A stretch of DNA of 64,000 bases from Actinomycetales bacterium (lineage in GTDB: Bacteria > Actinomycetota > Actinomycetes > S36-B12 > UBA5976), in assembly GCA_027484085.1 (NCBI GenBank), contig JAIXQF010000004.1:70162-134161 (forward strand). Reading direction: 5' to 3'. Below the pieces are notes generated by a model, which saw only the letters and a list, made by a program, of their open reading frames with translations, had not been told where the DNA came from and did not search any database. Both the position numbers and the translations under genes were made by a program. Positions 38,338-47,896 of the stretch are shown piece after piece. Position 1 is the first letter of the stretch. Each line of letters begins with the position of its first letter.

Positions 38338-40338
38338 TTAACTTTCCAAAGCCTTATCTTGATTCTTGCTCTTGCGTCGCTTTACAAAATTACCCAGAGC
38401 TAAAAGCACGAGTAATCCAAAGGCTCCCCACACCAGAGTACGGGCGAACTGACTGTAAGCAGCTGAAGAGATTTGCATATCTTTTTCTTCGCCAAAACGT
38501 TTACCGTTAGGAGCAATCAACTGTGCCTGAACATCGACAACACCAGCGCCAATCAAGGTAACCGCAACTGGGACAGTGATTCTTTGTCCACGGCCAACTT
38601 GGATTAGTTCAGTAGGAACGGATGTGAATCGAGAAGTGGCTGAACTGGTAAGGCTAATGCTCACGGAGATATCACGATCACTTTCATTCACGACAGTGAT
38701 TGGAATGTCTGATTCTTCCTGCGGAGTTGTAATTCGTGAGGAGCCTTGAATGCTTATGGCGCCCAGATAAGTGTCAATCAGCGCAAGATTTTTTGAAAGA
38801 AATTCAGTTGCCTCGCCATTGGATTCCCAAAGTTCGGAAAATCCAAGAACCCGCGATGCCTCAAATCCGGCTACCAAATCCTTGTCAGCAAAAACCGAAG
38901 CCAAAGTTCCGATCTCTTTGCGAAGCTGATCTGCTTGTCGAATCCTTAACTTTGTGAACCCACTTTGAAATTCGTAATCAGTCGTTTCGTAGTTGCCCAC
39001 TGAACTGGAAGATTCAACGGATTCTAAATTCACAATCTGTAGCCAGTTTTGATCACTTAGGCCTGCGATAAGTTCGGAAAGGTGCGCGCTTGAGATATTC
39101 CAATTAGTTGGGGCAAGCACAATTATTGATCGAGACTTTTGAGGAGATTCGGCTGTGATCATCCCAATCTCACTTCTTAAACATGTCTCAGCTTTAAACA
39201 ACTCATCTGCATTGTTATTGGCTGCTATCAAGCACGATGAAGTTGCAAGGTCGTGAACCAACACTGGATTTGATTCTGCAGTTGCTACCGCAGGCGTAGT
39301 TATCCGCGAATCACCGCGCAAGAAATCATTTGAAACAATCGTGCGGATGCCTTGGCTATTCATTAGTGAAATCGTCTTAGTATCTGCAGCGCCTTGAACC
39401 GGTGCATAAAAAATTGGACTACTACCCGCAACTGAACGCGTAAGTGCCATTGCATCCTGTAAGTCGCGCTGGTGATCTACCAAAGACAAAGCAGTTAAAT
39501 TGGCGCTGCCAAACGGTAAAAATCCACTCGGAAATAAACCTTCCAATGCATCGCTGAGTTTGTTCGGGACTTCGGAATCAGAACTTGCAGCTAACTGACC
39601 AACCCAAGAGCTCAATGCTGAATCTTGCAACCACGAAATCTTCGATCCTGATTCGCTCAAGATCAGATCGGTCAATCTCTGAGCTTCAGCTAGATCTGTT
39701 TTCTCATCTTGAACCTCGCCATTACCAAGGTGATTATTGCGCGTTGTGAGCGGTGCAACGAATGCGACATTGGTTGGTTTGATGTCTGCATTAAAGAACC
39801 ACGGGGTAGTAACTACCGTTGCTTCGTTGTTGTCAGACAAATTTGGCTTTGCACCAAATGCGTAAACACCTGATGCGTTCGCTCCAAGTACTTCTTCGCC
39901 GATAAAAGTAATCCGCCAACTCTTCGTTCCCCCCGGGACAATGTTGCGCAGACTTGCGGAGAAATCCGAGGAGATTAAGTTTCTCGATATTGATGGATCC
40001 GAGATCAATTCAGCCAGCTGACTTCGGGATTTGATTGCAGGTGTTGAAACTAGGTTTAACTCAAGTTCTGAGATCGTCTCGTTCGTTGTATTAGTAAAAG
40101 TCCCCTGCAACTCAACTAGATGGCGACCCTGCAAGGGTTCAACCAAATCAGCCAGTTTTGAGATCTTTAATCCCGTAATGCTTACCAAGTCGCCTTCGGC
40201 TGCTTGCGATGATTGGGCCGGAAGAAGTGTTTGTCCAGCGACAATTGCGAGCAATGATACGAAAGTTGTAATGCGAACCCGTGTTAGGAGATTCCACCTG
40301 ATTTCTGGCGAAAATCTGAATCCTCGAATACGGCTCAT
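38338..40338 (-). CDS. Secreted, C-terminally anchored protein (DUF6049-like; Rv3909 position)
   Basis: Signal peptide ending AQSSQAAEG, a large extracytoplasmic region, and a C-terminal TM segment with a basic tail. Conserved position between murJ and the CCA enzyme. Confidence 0.6.
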   Translation of the reverse strand: MSRIRGFRFSPEIRWNLLTRVRITTFVSLLAIVAGQTLLPAQSSQAAEGDLVSITGLKISKLADLVEPLQGRHLVELQGTFTNTTNETISELELNLVSTPAIKSRSQLAELISDPSISRNLISSDFSASLRNIVPGGTKSWRITFIGEEVLGANASGVYAFGAKPNLSDNNEATVVTTPWFFNADIKPTNVAFVAPLTTRNNHLGNGEVQDEKTDLAEAQRLTDLILSESGSKISWLQDSALSSWVGQLAASSDSEVPNKLSDALEGLFPSGFLPFGSANLTALSLVDHQRDLQDAMALTRSVAGSSPIFYAPVQGAADTKTISLMNSQGIRTIVSNDFLRGDSRITTPAVATAESNPVLVHDLATSSCLIAANNNADELFKAETCLRSEIGMITAESPQKSRSIIVLAPTNWNISSAHLSELIAGLSDQNWLQIVNLESVESSSSVGNYETTDYEFQSGFTKLRIRQADQLRKEIGTLASVFADKDLVAGFEASRVLGFSELWESNGEATEFLSKNLALIDTYLGAISIQGSSRITTPQEESDIPITVVNESDRDISVSISLTSSATSRFTSVPTELIQVGRGQRITVPVAVTLIGAGVVDVQAQLIAPNGKRFGEEKDMQISSAAYSQFARTLVWGAFGLLVLLALGNFVKRRKSKNQDKALES

Positions 40339-40398
40339 TAACCAAGAATACCTACAAATATTGGACTTTTCGTTATTGCATCTAGGCTAGGTCAAGTT

Positions 40399-41838
40399 AT
40401 GAACAACTCATCACCGCAAGCAATCGCAACCCAGGCAGTAACCGCTGCGCTTGGTCAGATGCCTGATGTGATGGAACTTGCCGAACTATTCAAAACTGCA
40501 GGTTTCGAGTTTGCCATTGTTGGCGGGCCGGTACGAGACATCATTTTGAATCGCGAGATAAACGACTTAGATTTCACAACCAATGCAAACCCGGAGCAAA
40601 TACTTAGCTTGGTTACTCCATGGGCCGACACCGTTTGGGATGTGGGTATTGCATTCGGAACTGTTGGCGCCCGACGAAAAGATTTTCAAGTAGAAATAAC
40701 TACTTATCGCTCAGAGATTTACAGTGACGAAAGCCGCAAGCCTGAAGTTACTTTTGGTTCTTCGCTAGAGGAAGATTTGATTCGCCGCGATTTCACAATT
40801 AATGCGATGGCAGTCCGATTGCCGGAACTTGTTTTTGTAGATCCGTTTGGCGGTGTCGATGACTTGATTAAGCGAATCATTCGCACCCCACGGGAACCCG
40901 AACTATCTTTCTCAGATGACCCATTGCGCATGATGCGAGCCGCAAGGTTTGCAAGTCAGTTAGGTTTCACACCTGTCGTTGATGTTCTGTTGGCTGCAAC
41001 TGAAATGTCGGAACGAATAAGTATTGTTTCTGCGGAAAGAATCAGAGACGAATTTAGTAAATTGATCATGGGAGATCATCCAAGTGTTGGTCTTGAGATT
41101 CTCGAAGGTACAAAACTCGCGGAACATGTAATTCCTGAATTGCCTGCGCTACAACTTGAAATTGATGAGCACCACAAACATAAAGATGTATACGAACACA
41201 GCTTGATCGTGCTGCAGCAAGCCATTGATTTGGAAACAACTCACGAACCCAAATTTGAACCAGACCTAGTGTTGCGTCTTGCAGCGCTGCTGCATGACAT
41301 CGGCAAACCAAAAACACGAAGGTTTGAATCTGGTGGCGGCGTTAGCTTCCATCATCATGAAGTGGTTGGCGCAAAGATTGCCCGCAAACGGTTAACTGCG
41401 ATGCGTTATCCAAGCGACTTGATTGATTCAGTATGCAAGCTAACTGAACTCCATTTGCGGTTTCATGGATATGGCCAAGGTCAATGGACTGACTCTGCTG
41501 TGCGAAGGTATGTGAGAGATGCTGGTGACGAACTAGCTCGACTACATAAGTTGACTAGAGCTGATTGCACGACCCGAAATCCGCGGCGTGCTGCAATTCT
41601 TTCGGCAACCTATGACGATCTCGAGGATCGCATTGCTGCCCTGGCTCAACAGGAAGAACTCAATTCGATCAGACCCGATCTTGATGGCAATGAGATCATG
41701 CAGATCTTGAATGTCCCATCAGGTCCTATCGTTGGCAAGGCTTACAACTATTTACTAGAGGTTCGGCTCGATGAAGGACCGCTGACGCGGGAGCAAGCAG
41801 TTGAGCGGCTTACTTCTTGGTGGAAAGCACAGAACTAG
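40399..41838 (+). CDS. cca: CCA tRNA nucleotidyltransferase / poly(A) polymerase-family enzyme with an HD domain
   Basis: Head-domain motifs GGPVRD, DLDFTT and RRDFTINA, plus an HD region HDIGKP. Confidence 0.9.
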   Translation: MNNSSPQAIATQAVTAALGQMPDVMELAELFKTAGFEFAIVGGPVRDIILNREINDLDFTTNANPEQILSLVTPWADTVWDVGIAFGTVGARRKDFQVEITTYRSEIYSDESRKPEVTFGSSLEEDLIRRDFTINAMAVRLPELVFVDPFGGVDDLIKRIIRTPREPELSFSDDPLRMMRAARFASQLGFTPVVDVLLAATEMSERISIVSAERIRDEFSKLIMGDHPSVGLEILEGTKLAEHVIPELPALQLEIDEHHKHKDVYEHSLIVLQQAIDLETTHEPKFEPDLVLRLAALLHDIGKPKTRRFESGGGVSFHHHEVVGAKIARKRLTAMRYPSDLIDSVCKLTELHLRFHGYGQGQWTDSAVRRYVRDAGDELARLHKLTRADCTTRNPRRAAILSATYDDLEDRIAALAQQEELNSIRPDLDGNEIMQILNVPSGPIVGKAYNYLLEVRLDEGPLTREQAVERLTSWWKAQN

Positions 41839-43181
41839 AGCGTTGCATTCTTATTTCGGTATTTTCCGAGCAAGAAAAATGCCAAACCTGCGCTACAACT
41901 CAATAGCACAACGGTATAGGCCGACCCAACATTGACGTTCTCGCGAATCCCACTGATAAGCGCATATGTAGTGATTCCCAAAATCAAAGAGACGTTGATC
42001 ATCATGTCGAAGATCGAAAAGACTCGACCGCGGTGGGCATCATCAATAGTTCGCTGAATGGTTGTATCTGCATTGATCTTTAGCAACTGACCAGCAAAAC
42101 TTAGCGAAGCAGCCGTAGCGCAAACCGCAATCAAACTACCTATTTGGTAGCCAATGAAACTAATTACCGTGCACGCAGTGACAGCAACGGTCATGGCTGT
42201 AATCAAATGCACTTGTCGATGTGGTGCGACTTCCGAATTAGATCTATCTTTTCGGTCGCTAAGTAAGAAAGTGCTGAGTATGGCTGCAGTAAATGCACCA
42301 GTAGCAGCAGCTCCGGCGCAAAGCCCAAAATCCAACACTGCTTGATCTGGGCCTGCACCAGGATGCCATTTGGTTCGGGATAGTAAGAGTGCATGAACTG
42401 TTAAGGCTCCAAATGCCCAACGCTGAAATGCAACTGCTCCCATACTGCTGAAAGCTCGGCCGGATCGGACCATGTATTGAAACCCCGAGACGAGGCCAGA
42501 CAACGCATTCCTAAACTCATCGCGAATAGCTGATTCAACGAGGTACGGCCCAAGCACATTCTTAGGCGTAATTCGAAGTGCAATCAAGGAAGCAACTGCG
42601 GCAAATACCGAACCTAAGATAACCAATCCAGCATTTACTGAATCTGAATTAGCCAACACATTCTGGGTAGCAATACCTAAAGCCGCAGCAAGTGATGCTG
42701 CGGTTGTGCCCAGAGTTGGGAAGAGCGCATTGGCAGGAACTAGGTCGTCTCCATCAACCACATGAGGCAGCGAAGCCGATAATGCCGCTTGAACAAATCT
42801 ATTAACACCAAGGCTTATCAAAACTAAAACGGCAAGAAGTGTGTTGGCGGAACTACCGGTAATTACTATCGCAATGGCAATCATGGTTATCACCCGAACC
42901 AAATTGGCACGAATCAAAATCATTCGACGCGACCAACGATCGATGAAAACGCCAACAAAGGGCGCGACTAGAGAATATGGCAAAAGCAATATGCCAAAAG
43001 CTAACGCGATTTTTCGAGGATCTGATTCTCGTTGTGGCGAAAACAAAACAAAAGTTGCCAATGCAGTTTGCAACAAACCATCGCCGGCTTGACCAAAAAT
43101 CCGAACTGCAAGCAACTCCCGAGAATTTGGATGTCGCAATACCGAAAAGGATTTAACAGTTGGGCGATTCACGTAAATCAC
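41835..43181 (-). CDS. MFS transporter
   Basis: 448 aa with about 12 TM segments. Its stop shares the CTAG tetranucleotide with the convergent cca stop. Confidence 0.75.
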   Translation of the reverse strand: MIYVNRPTVKSFSVLRHPNSRELLAVRIFGQAGDGLLQTALATFVLFSPQRESDPRKIALAFGILLLPYSLVAPFVGVFIDRWSRRMILIRANLVRVITMIAIAIVITGSSANTLLAVLVLISLGVNRFVQAALSASLPHVVDGDDLVPANALFPTLGTTAASLAAALGIATQNVLANSDSVNAGLVILGSVFAAVASLIALRITPKNVLGPYLVESAIRDEFRNALSGLVSGFQYMVRSGRAFSSMGAVAFQRWAFGALTVHALLLSRTKWHPGAGPDQAVLDFGLCAGAAATGAFTAAILSTFLLSDRKDRSNSEVAPHRQVHLITAMTVAVTACTVISFIGYQIGSLIAVCATAASLSFAGQLLKINADTTIQRTIDDAHRGRVFSIFDMMINVSLILGITTYALISGIRENVNVGSAYTVVLLSCSAGLAFFLLGKYRNKNATL

Positions 43182-43228
43182 GCTACCCGTTGTTACTCAA
43201 AAAGATTGGTATGCCAGATAGGAAGTTG

Positions 43229-43266
43229 AAAAAACCAAGGGCCCCTAGTTGAACTAGGAGCCCTTG
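43229..43266 (-). terminator. Intrinsic terminator downstream of ino1
   Basis: 13-bp stem with one mismatch (CAAGGGCCCCTAG / CTAGGAGCCCTTG, 43236-43266) and a 5-nt loop. On the minus strand it is followed by TTTTTT (43229-43234). Confidence 0.65.
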
Positions 43267-43361
43267 ATAACGGAGGCCGCTTTTATGTCATTAACTTTGT
43301 GTTAACGACACCCGAAGCGCAACGGGTATAGAAGGTGTTCCCGAACTTTGTTTGCCGAGAA

Positions 43362-44432
43362 TTACTTTCCAACGATGAAGTCTTCAACTTCTTGACGGCA
43401 GGTACTGTCGTCATACTGAACCGGCGGGCTCTTCATGAAGTAGCTGGAAGCACTCAGGATTGGGCCACCAATTCCGCGATCTTTTGCAATCTTGCAAGCA
43501 CGAATTGCGTCAATGATGACACCAGCAGAGTTTGGTGAATCCCAAACTTCCAACTTGTATTCAAGACTCAACGGCACATCACCAAATGCTCGACCTTCAA
43601 GGCGAACAAATGCCCATTTACGATCATCAAGCCATGCAACGTAGTCACTTGGACCAATGTGGACATTGCGTGGATCAATCTTGTCGCGTAACTGTGATGT
43701 CACAGATTGAGTCTTGGAAATCTTCTTTGATTCCAAACGATCGCGCTCGAGCATGTTCATGAAGTCCATGTTTCCGCCAACATTTAGCTGGTAGGTGCGA
43801 TCGACTGTTACGCCACGATCTTCAAAAAGTTTTGCAAGAACGCGGTGAGTAATGGTGGCACCAACTTGGCTCTTGATGTCATCGCCAACAATTGGAACGC
43901 CGGCTGCAGTGAATTTGTCTGCCCACTCTTTGGTACCTGCGATGAATACTGGAAGTGCGTTAACGAAACCCACGCCGGCATCAATTGCACATTGTGCGTA
44001 GAACTTCGCAGCTTCTTCGGAACCAACCGGAAGATAGCAAACTAATACATCAACCTTGGCGTCCTTAAGGGCTTTGACTACATCCACTGGGGAATCATCT
44101 GACTCAACAACCATGTCGCGGTAGTACTTACCAAGTCCATCGTAAGTATGTCCGCGTAGAACGGTCACACCTGTTGGTGGAACATCGGAGAACTTGATTG
44201 TGTTGTTCTCGCTGGCAAAGATTGCGTCGGAAAGATCTTGTCCAACCTTCTTTGCATCAACATCGATCGCAACTACAAACTTCACATCTTTAACGTGATA
44301 GTCACCGAATTGAACATGCATAAGTCCTGGAACTGATGCTTTTGGATCTGCGTCTTTGTAATACTCAACGCCTTGTACAAGCGATGATGCGCAGTTACCT
44401 ACGCCAACAATCGCCACTCTAACTTCGCTCAC
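43362..44432 (-). CDS. ino1: myo-Inositol-1-phosphate synthase
   Basis: 356 aa with the N-terminal NAD fold [16 protein letters not shown]. Actinobacterial Ino1-like throughout (Rv0046c position, followed by a PadR gene). Confidence 0.93.
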   Translation of the reverse strand: MSEVRVAIVGVGNCASSLVQGVEYYKDADPKASVPGLMHVQFGDYHVKDVKFVVAIDVDAKKVGQDLSDAIFASENNTIKFSDVPPTGVTVLRGHTYDGLGKYYRDMVVESDDSPVDVVKALKDAKVDVLVCYLPVGSEEAAKFYAQCAIDAGVGFVNALPVFIAGTKEWADKFTAAGVPIVGDDIKSQVGATITHRVLAKLFEDRGVTVDRTYQLNVGGNMDFMNMLERDRLESKKISKTQSVTSQLRDKIDPRNVHIGPSDYVAWLDDRKWAFVRLEGRAFGDVPLSLEYKLEVWDSPNSAGVIIDAIRACKIAKDRGIGGPILSASSYFMKSPPVQYDDSTCRQEVEDFIVGK

Positions 44433-44471
44433 TGTAAGCCTCCTAGTTGTCAGTGATTTTTTCTTGCGGTC

Positions 44472-45062
44472 TTACTTGTTATTAACTTGCGAGATTGCTG
44501 AGTTACCGCCATCTGCGGCGCTCTGCGATTGCTCTCGCGAGATAAGTTCATTTAGCCAACGCACTTCACGCTCGAGTGCATCTAATCCATGTTGTTGAAG
44601 TTCTAGCGTGTAAGAATCTAAGCGCTCTCGACCTTTAGCCAGATTGGTTTGAAGGTTGGCTAGTCGCTCTTCGACGCGACTTCGACGACCTAGCAGGATG
44701 TGAATGCGGGTACTAACTTCAGTTTGGCCAAAAAGTGACATACGAACTGCAAAGGTGTCATCGTCCCAAGCACCTGGTCCGCTATCAGCGACTAAAGCAT
44801 TGAAGTGCGCCAAGCCAGATTCAGTTAGTGCATATGTAATACGAGCCCGCTTTGGGTATTTTCCGGTGCCAACTTCATCTTGTTCTACTAGAAGTCCGCG
44901 CTCGACCAAGGACTTAAGAGTTGGGTATAGCGCTCCATAGGAGATTGTGCTGAAAAGTCCCAGCACTGAAATCAATCGCTTACGGAGTTCGTAGCCATGC
45001 TGCGGTGTTTTGGATAGCACGCCAAGGATCGCGAGCTCGAGAGCGTCCGATCGTTTAGCCAT
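44472..45062 (-). CDS. PadR-family transcriptional regulator
   Basis: N-terminal winged helix (ILGVLSKTPQHGYELRKRL...YGALYPTLKSLVERGLL) plus a C-terminal helical domain. Rv0047c position. Confidence 0.85.
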   Translation of the reverse strand: MAKRSDALELAILGVLSKTPQHGYELRKRLISVLGLFSTISYGALYPTLKSLVERGLLVEQDEVGTGKYPKRARITYALTESGLAHFNALVADSGPGAWDDDTFAVRMSLFGQTEVSTRIHILLGRRSRVEERLANLQTNLAKGRERLDSYTLELQQHGLDALEREVRWLNELISREQSQSAADGGNSAISQVNNK

Positions 45063-45089
45063 AGCAATTCATCCCAAAATAGAAGAAAA

Positions 45090-45112
45090 AGATGTATCAA
45101 ATTGATACATCT
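45090..45112. promoter_or_regulatory. 23-bp perfect palindrome, candidate PadR operator
   Basis: AGATGTATCAA-A-TTGATACATCT contains ATGT...ACAT half-sites. It lies 28-50 nt upstream of the PadR start codon in the divergent spacer. Confidence 0.5.
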
Positions 45113-45213
45113 AGAGGATACCCTGCCCATTAGCCTCACCTCAATTCGACAGGCAGAACCTTGAAAAAGACCATCAAACTATGGAAATTGCTCAACAGCC
45201 TTAAGGTTGTCAG

Positions 45214-45723
45214 GTGAGTAGGCCTGGTTCGCATCAAAGCATCTCCGGTATTCGTGCTGGTGGCGTTAGTTCTGAGCCGCCTCGTCCGATTCCGTATCCA
45301 GCCGAAGATGTCGCAGATCCAGTTCGACCGCGCCATGTTTTGGATTACGTATTAGCTCGTCGCGCTGTATTGGAACAGATAAAGCACGATGCCTTGCTGC
45401 GCGAACAGGTTTGTGATGCAGATCCATATTTGTTGCGGGCCGCAAAGCATCATGGCGAAGAGACCGAACGCTTGTGTCCAATGTGCGCCAAGAGCGAACT
45501 AGTACATGTGACATATATCTTCGGTGACGATCTTGGTTATCTATCGGGCAGAGTCAAGACAACCAGCGATTTGAAGATTTTAGCCTATGAGTACGGACAT
45601 TTCCGGGTTTATGTAGTTGAAGTTTGTAAGTTGTGCGGCTGGAATCATCTACACATGTCATATGTATTGGGCGATGGCGCGCCTCGCACTCCACCGCGTG
45701 AGCCCCGAGATGTGTTGAAATAG
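45214..45723 (+). CDS. DUF5318-like protein (Rv0049 position)
   Basis: Conserved-looking core (VLDYVLARRAVLEQI...CDADPYLLRAAKHHGE...CPMC...C..CGWNHL) that includes a 4-Cys cluster. The start is uncertain: GTG at 45214, with no in-frame ATG before the core. Confidence 0.6.
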   Translation: MSRPGSHQSISGIRAGGVSSEPPRPIPYPAEDVADPVRPRHVLDYVLARRAVLEQIKHDALLREQVCDADPYLLRAAKHHGEETERLCPMCAKSELVHVTYIFGDDLGYLSGRVKTTSDLKILAYEYGHFRVYVVEVCKLCGWNHLHMSYVLGDGAPRTPPREPRDVLK

Positions 45724-45727
45724 AGGA

Positions 45728-47890
45728 ATGGCAAACTATCCCCGTAAAGATAAGCGCGGCATCAAGCGCTTCATTCCATCCTTAAAGCAGTTTGTCCTAC
45801 TTGCCGTTTTTGGCATGGTGGCAGGTATCGCAGCAATTGCCATCGCAGTGAAAGTTGTTGCCATCCCGCAAGCAAGCGAGATCGCTACCGCGCAGACCAC
45901 CATCTTGTATTACGACGATGGCGTTACAGAACTAGCGCGCTTAGGTGAAGCCAATCGGGTATCCGTTGATTTTTCCCAAATTCCAGTCGTAACTCAGCAG
46001 GCGATGTTAGCCGCGGAAGATCGCGATTTCTATAAACATGGTGGCTTTTCAATACGAGGAATTTCTCGCGCGGTCTATAAGAACGTAATGGGAGCAGCCG
46101 GTGCCGGTGGTGGCTCAACAATTACGCAGCAGTATGCAAAGAATGCCTACTTAACACAAGAGCGAACTCTCACTCGTAAAGCCAAAGAATTAATTCTTTC
46201 TATCAAGCTAGAAACTTTGGTCAGTAAGGATCAAATTCTTGCTGACTATATGAACACAATTTATTTCGGTAGAAATGCATACGGAATTGAAAGTGCTGCA
46301 AATCAATACTTCGGAAAGCGCGCGATCGACTTAGATCTAGCCGAATCAGCTTTTCTTGCTGGCATTGTGCAAGCACCGAATGGATTATCACCAGAAGAAA
46401 ACCTCAGTGGGTTACAACAACGTTGGGACTATGTTCTAGATGGCATGGTCTCCCAAGGTTGGTTAAGTCAAAGCGAACGTGATGCAGCAATGTTCCCGAT
46501 GTATTTGACTGAACCGCCATCACAAACTTTTTCCGGTCCGCAAGGTCACCTCGTCGAACAAGCTCGACAGACCATGTATGAATATGACATCAGCGAAGAT
46601 TTGATTAACCTCGGTGGACTTCGAGTAATTACTACTTTCAACAAGCAAGCACAGGACGCGATGATCCTTGCAGTCGAAGAAGAAGGTCCCAAGGAAAACA
46701 TCGAAGGTTTGAGAATTGGTGTTGCCTCAGTTCGTCCGGAAACTGGCGAAGTTGTTGCAATGTATGGCGGCGCTGACTATTTGGAAAATCAACTAAATAA
46801 CGCCACGCAGATGATTGGCCAAGCTGGATCAACCTTTAAGCCATTCACATTGGCAGCTGGAATTGAAAGTGGCGCAACGCTCGCTACTGCTTTTAGTGGA
46901 AAGAACAAAACCAAAGTAGACAACTATGTTGTAGTGAATTACGGCGGCCAGTCTTTTGGTGACCGAGTTACTTTGCTAAAGGCAACTGAGAGTTCAATTA
47001 ACTCTGCCTATGTTGAATTAGCTGAATCAGTTGGACGCGAGACAGTTCTTGAAGCTGCAATTCGGGCAGGTATTCCAGCCGAAGCTGTTGGAATGGAACC
47101 AAACCTGGCATTCACTCTAGGAACTGCCAGCCCACATGTGGTTGACATCGCAGCAGCTTATGCAACATTTGCATCGCGAGGTTTGCAAGTGGAACCTGCT
47201 TATCTAAAGTCAATTACGACGGCAGCTGGTGAAACTCTTTACAAACTAAATCCAAAACCAGTGCAGGCATTCAGTACTGATGTTGCAGACATAGTTTCAT
47301 ATGCGTTGCAAAGCGTGGTTCAAGTTGGAACTGGTAAAGCAGCAAAGGCATTGGGACGTCCGGTGGCAGGCAAAACCGGAACTACCAATGACAACAAGTC
47401 GGCACTCTTTGCTGGATACACACCTGATTTGGCTACCGCTGTCATGTTTGTAAAGGACGGACCAGATGGCCAACCAGTTTCATTGTCTGGCACCGGCGGC
47501 ATGAAATCCGTAACTGGTGGTTCATACCCTGCTCGAATTTTCACGGCTTACATGAAGGGTGCGCTCAAAGATTCGCCAGTTAAGAAGTTTGCAGCGCTTC
47601 CAACCGGGCAACCAAATGGTGCGAACCCTACCGAAAGCCCATCTCCATCGGCAGCTCCAACAACTCCGGTAGATCCAAATGCTCCAGTAACCATGCCAGA
47701 TCTGGTCGGCACCACATCTGATCAAGCGATTTCGATATTGCAGGGTCTGGGTCTTAATCCAATTCTTGAGTTGCAACTCGGCTCAGACGCGACATTGCCG
47801 CTGTTTGTCTTGGAGCAATCAGTAACAGTTGGAAGCATGTCTATGCCCGGAACAAATGTCACTTTGAAAGTGGTAAACGTTTTACCGTAG
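45728..47890 (+). CDS. ponA: Class A penicillin-binding protein with a C-terminal PASTA domain
   Basis: TM anchor. GT51 motifs EDRDFYKHGG and GGSTITQQY. Transpeptidase motifs STFK and KTGTT. Pro-rich linker, then a PASTA-like segment MPDLVGTTSDQAISILQGLGL...GTNVTLKV. Confidence 0.9.
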   Translation: MANYPRKDKRGIKRFIPSLKQFVLLAVFGMVAGIAAIAIAVKVVAIPQASEIATAQTTILYYDDGVTELARLGEANRVSVDFSQIPVVTQQAMLAAEDRDFYKHGGFSIRGISRAVYKNVMGAAGAGGGSTITQQYAKNAYLTQERTLTRKAKELILSIKLETLVSKDQILADYMNTIYFGRNAYGIESAANQYFGKRAIDLDLAESAFLAGIVQAPNGLSPEENLSGLQQRWDYVLDGMVSQGWLSQSERDAAMFPMYLTEPPSQTFSGPQGHLVEQARQTMYEYDISEDLINLGGLRVITTFNKQAQDAMILAVEEEGPKENIEGLRIGVASVRPETGEVVAMYGGADYLENQLNNATQMIGQAGSTFKPFTLAAGIESGATLATAFSGKNKTKVDNYVVVNYGGQSFGDRVTLLKATESSINSAYVELAESVGRETVLEAAIRAGIPAEAVGMEPNLAFTLGTASPHVVDIAAAYATFASRGLQVEPAYLKSITTAAGETLYKLNPKPVQAFSTDVADIVSYALQSVVQVGTGKAAKALGRPVAGKTGTTNDNKSALFAGYTPDLATAVMFVKDGPDGQPVSLSGTGGMKSVTGGSYPARIFTAYMKGALKDSPVKKFAALPTGQPNGANPTESPSPSAAPTTPVDPNAPVTMPDLVGTTSDQAISILQGLGLNPILELQLGSDATLPLFVLEQSVTVGSMSMPGTNVTLKVVNVLP

Positions 47891-47896
47891 CGGGAA

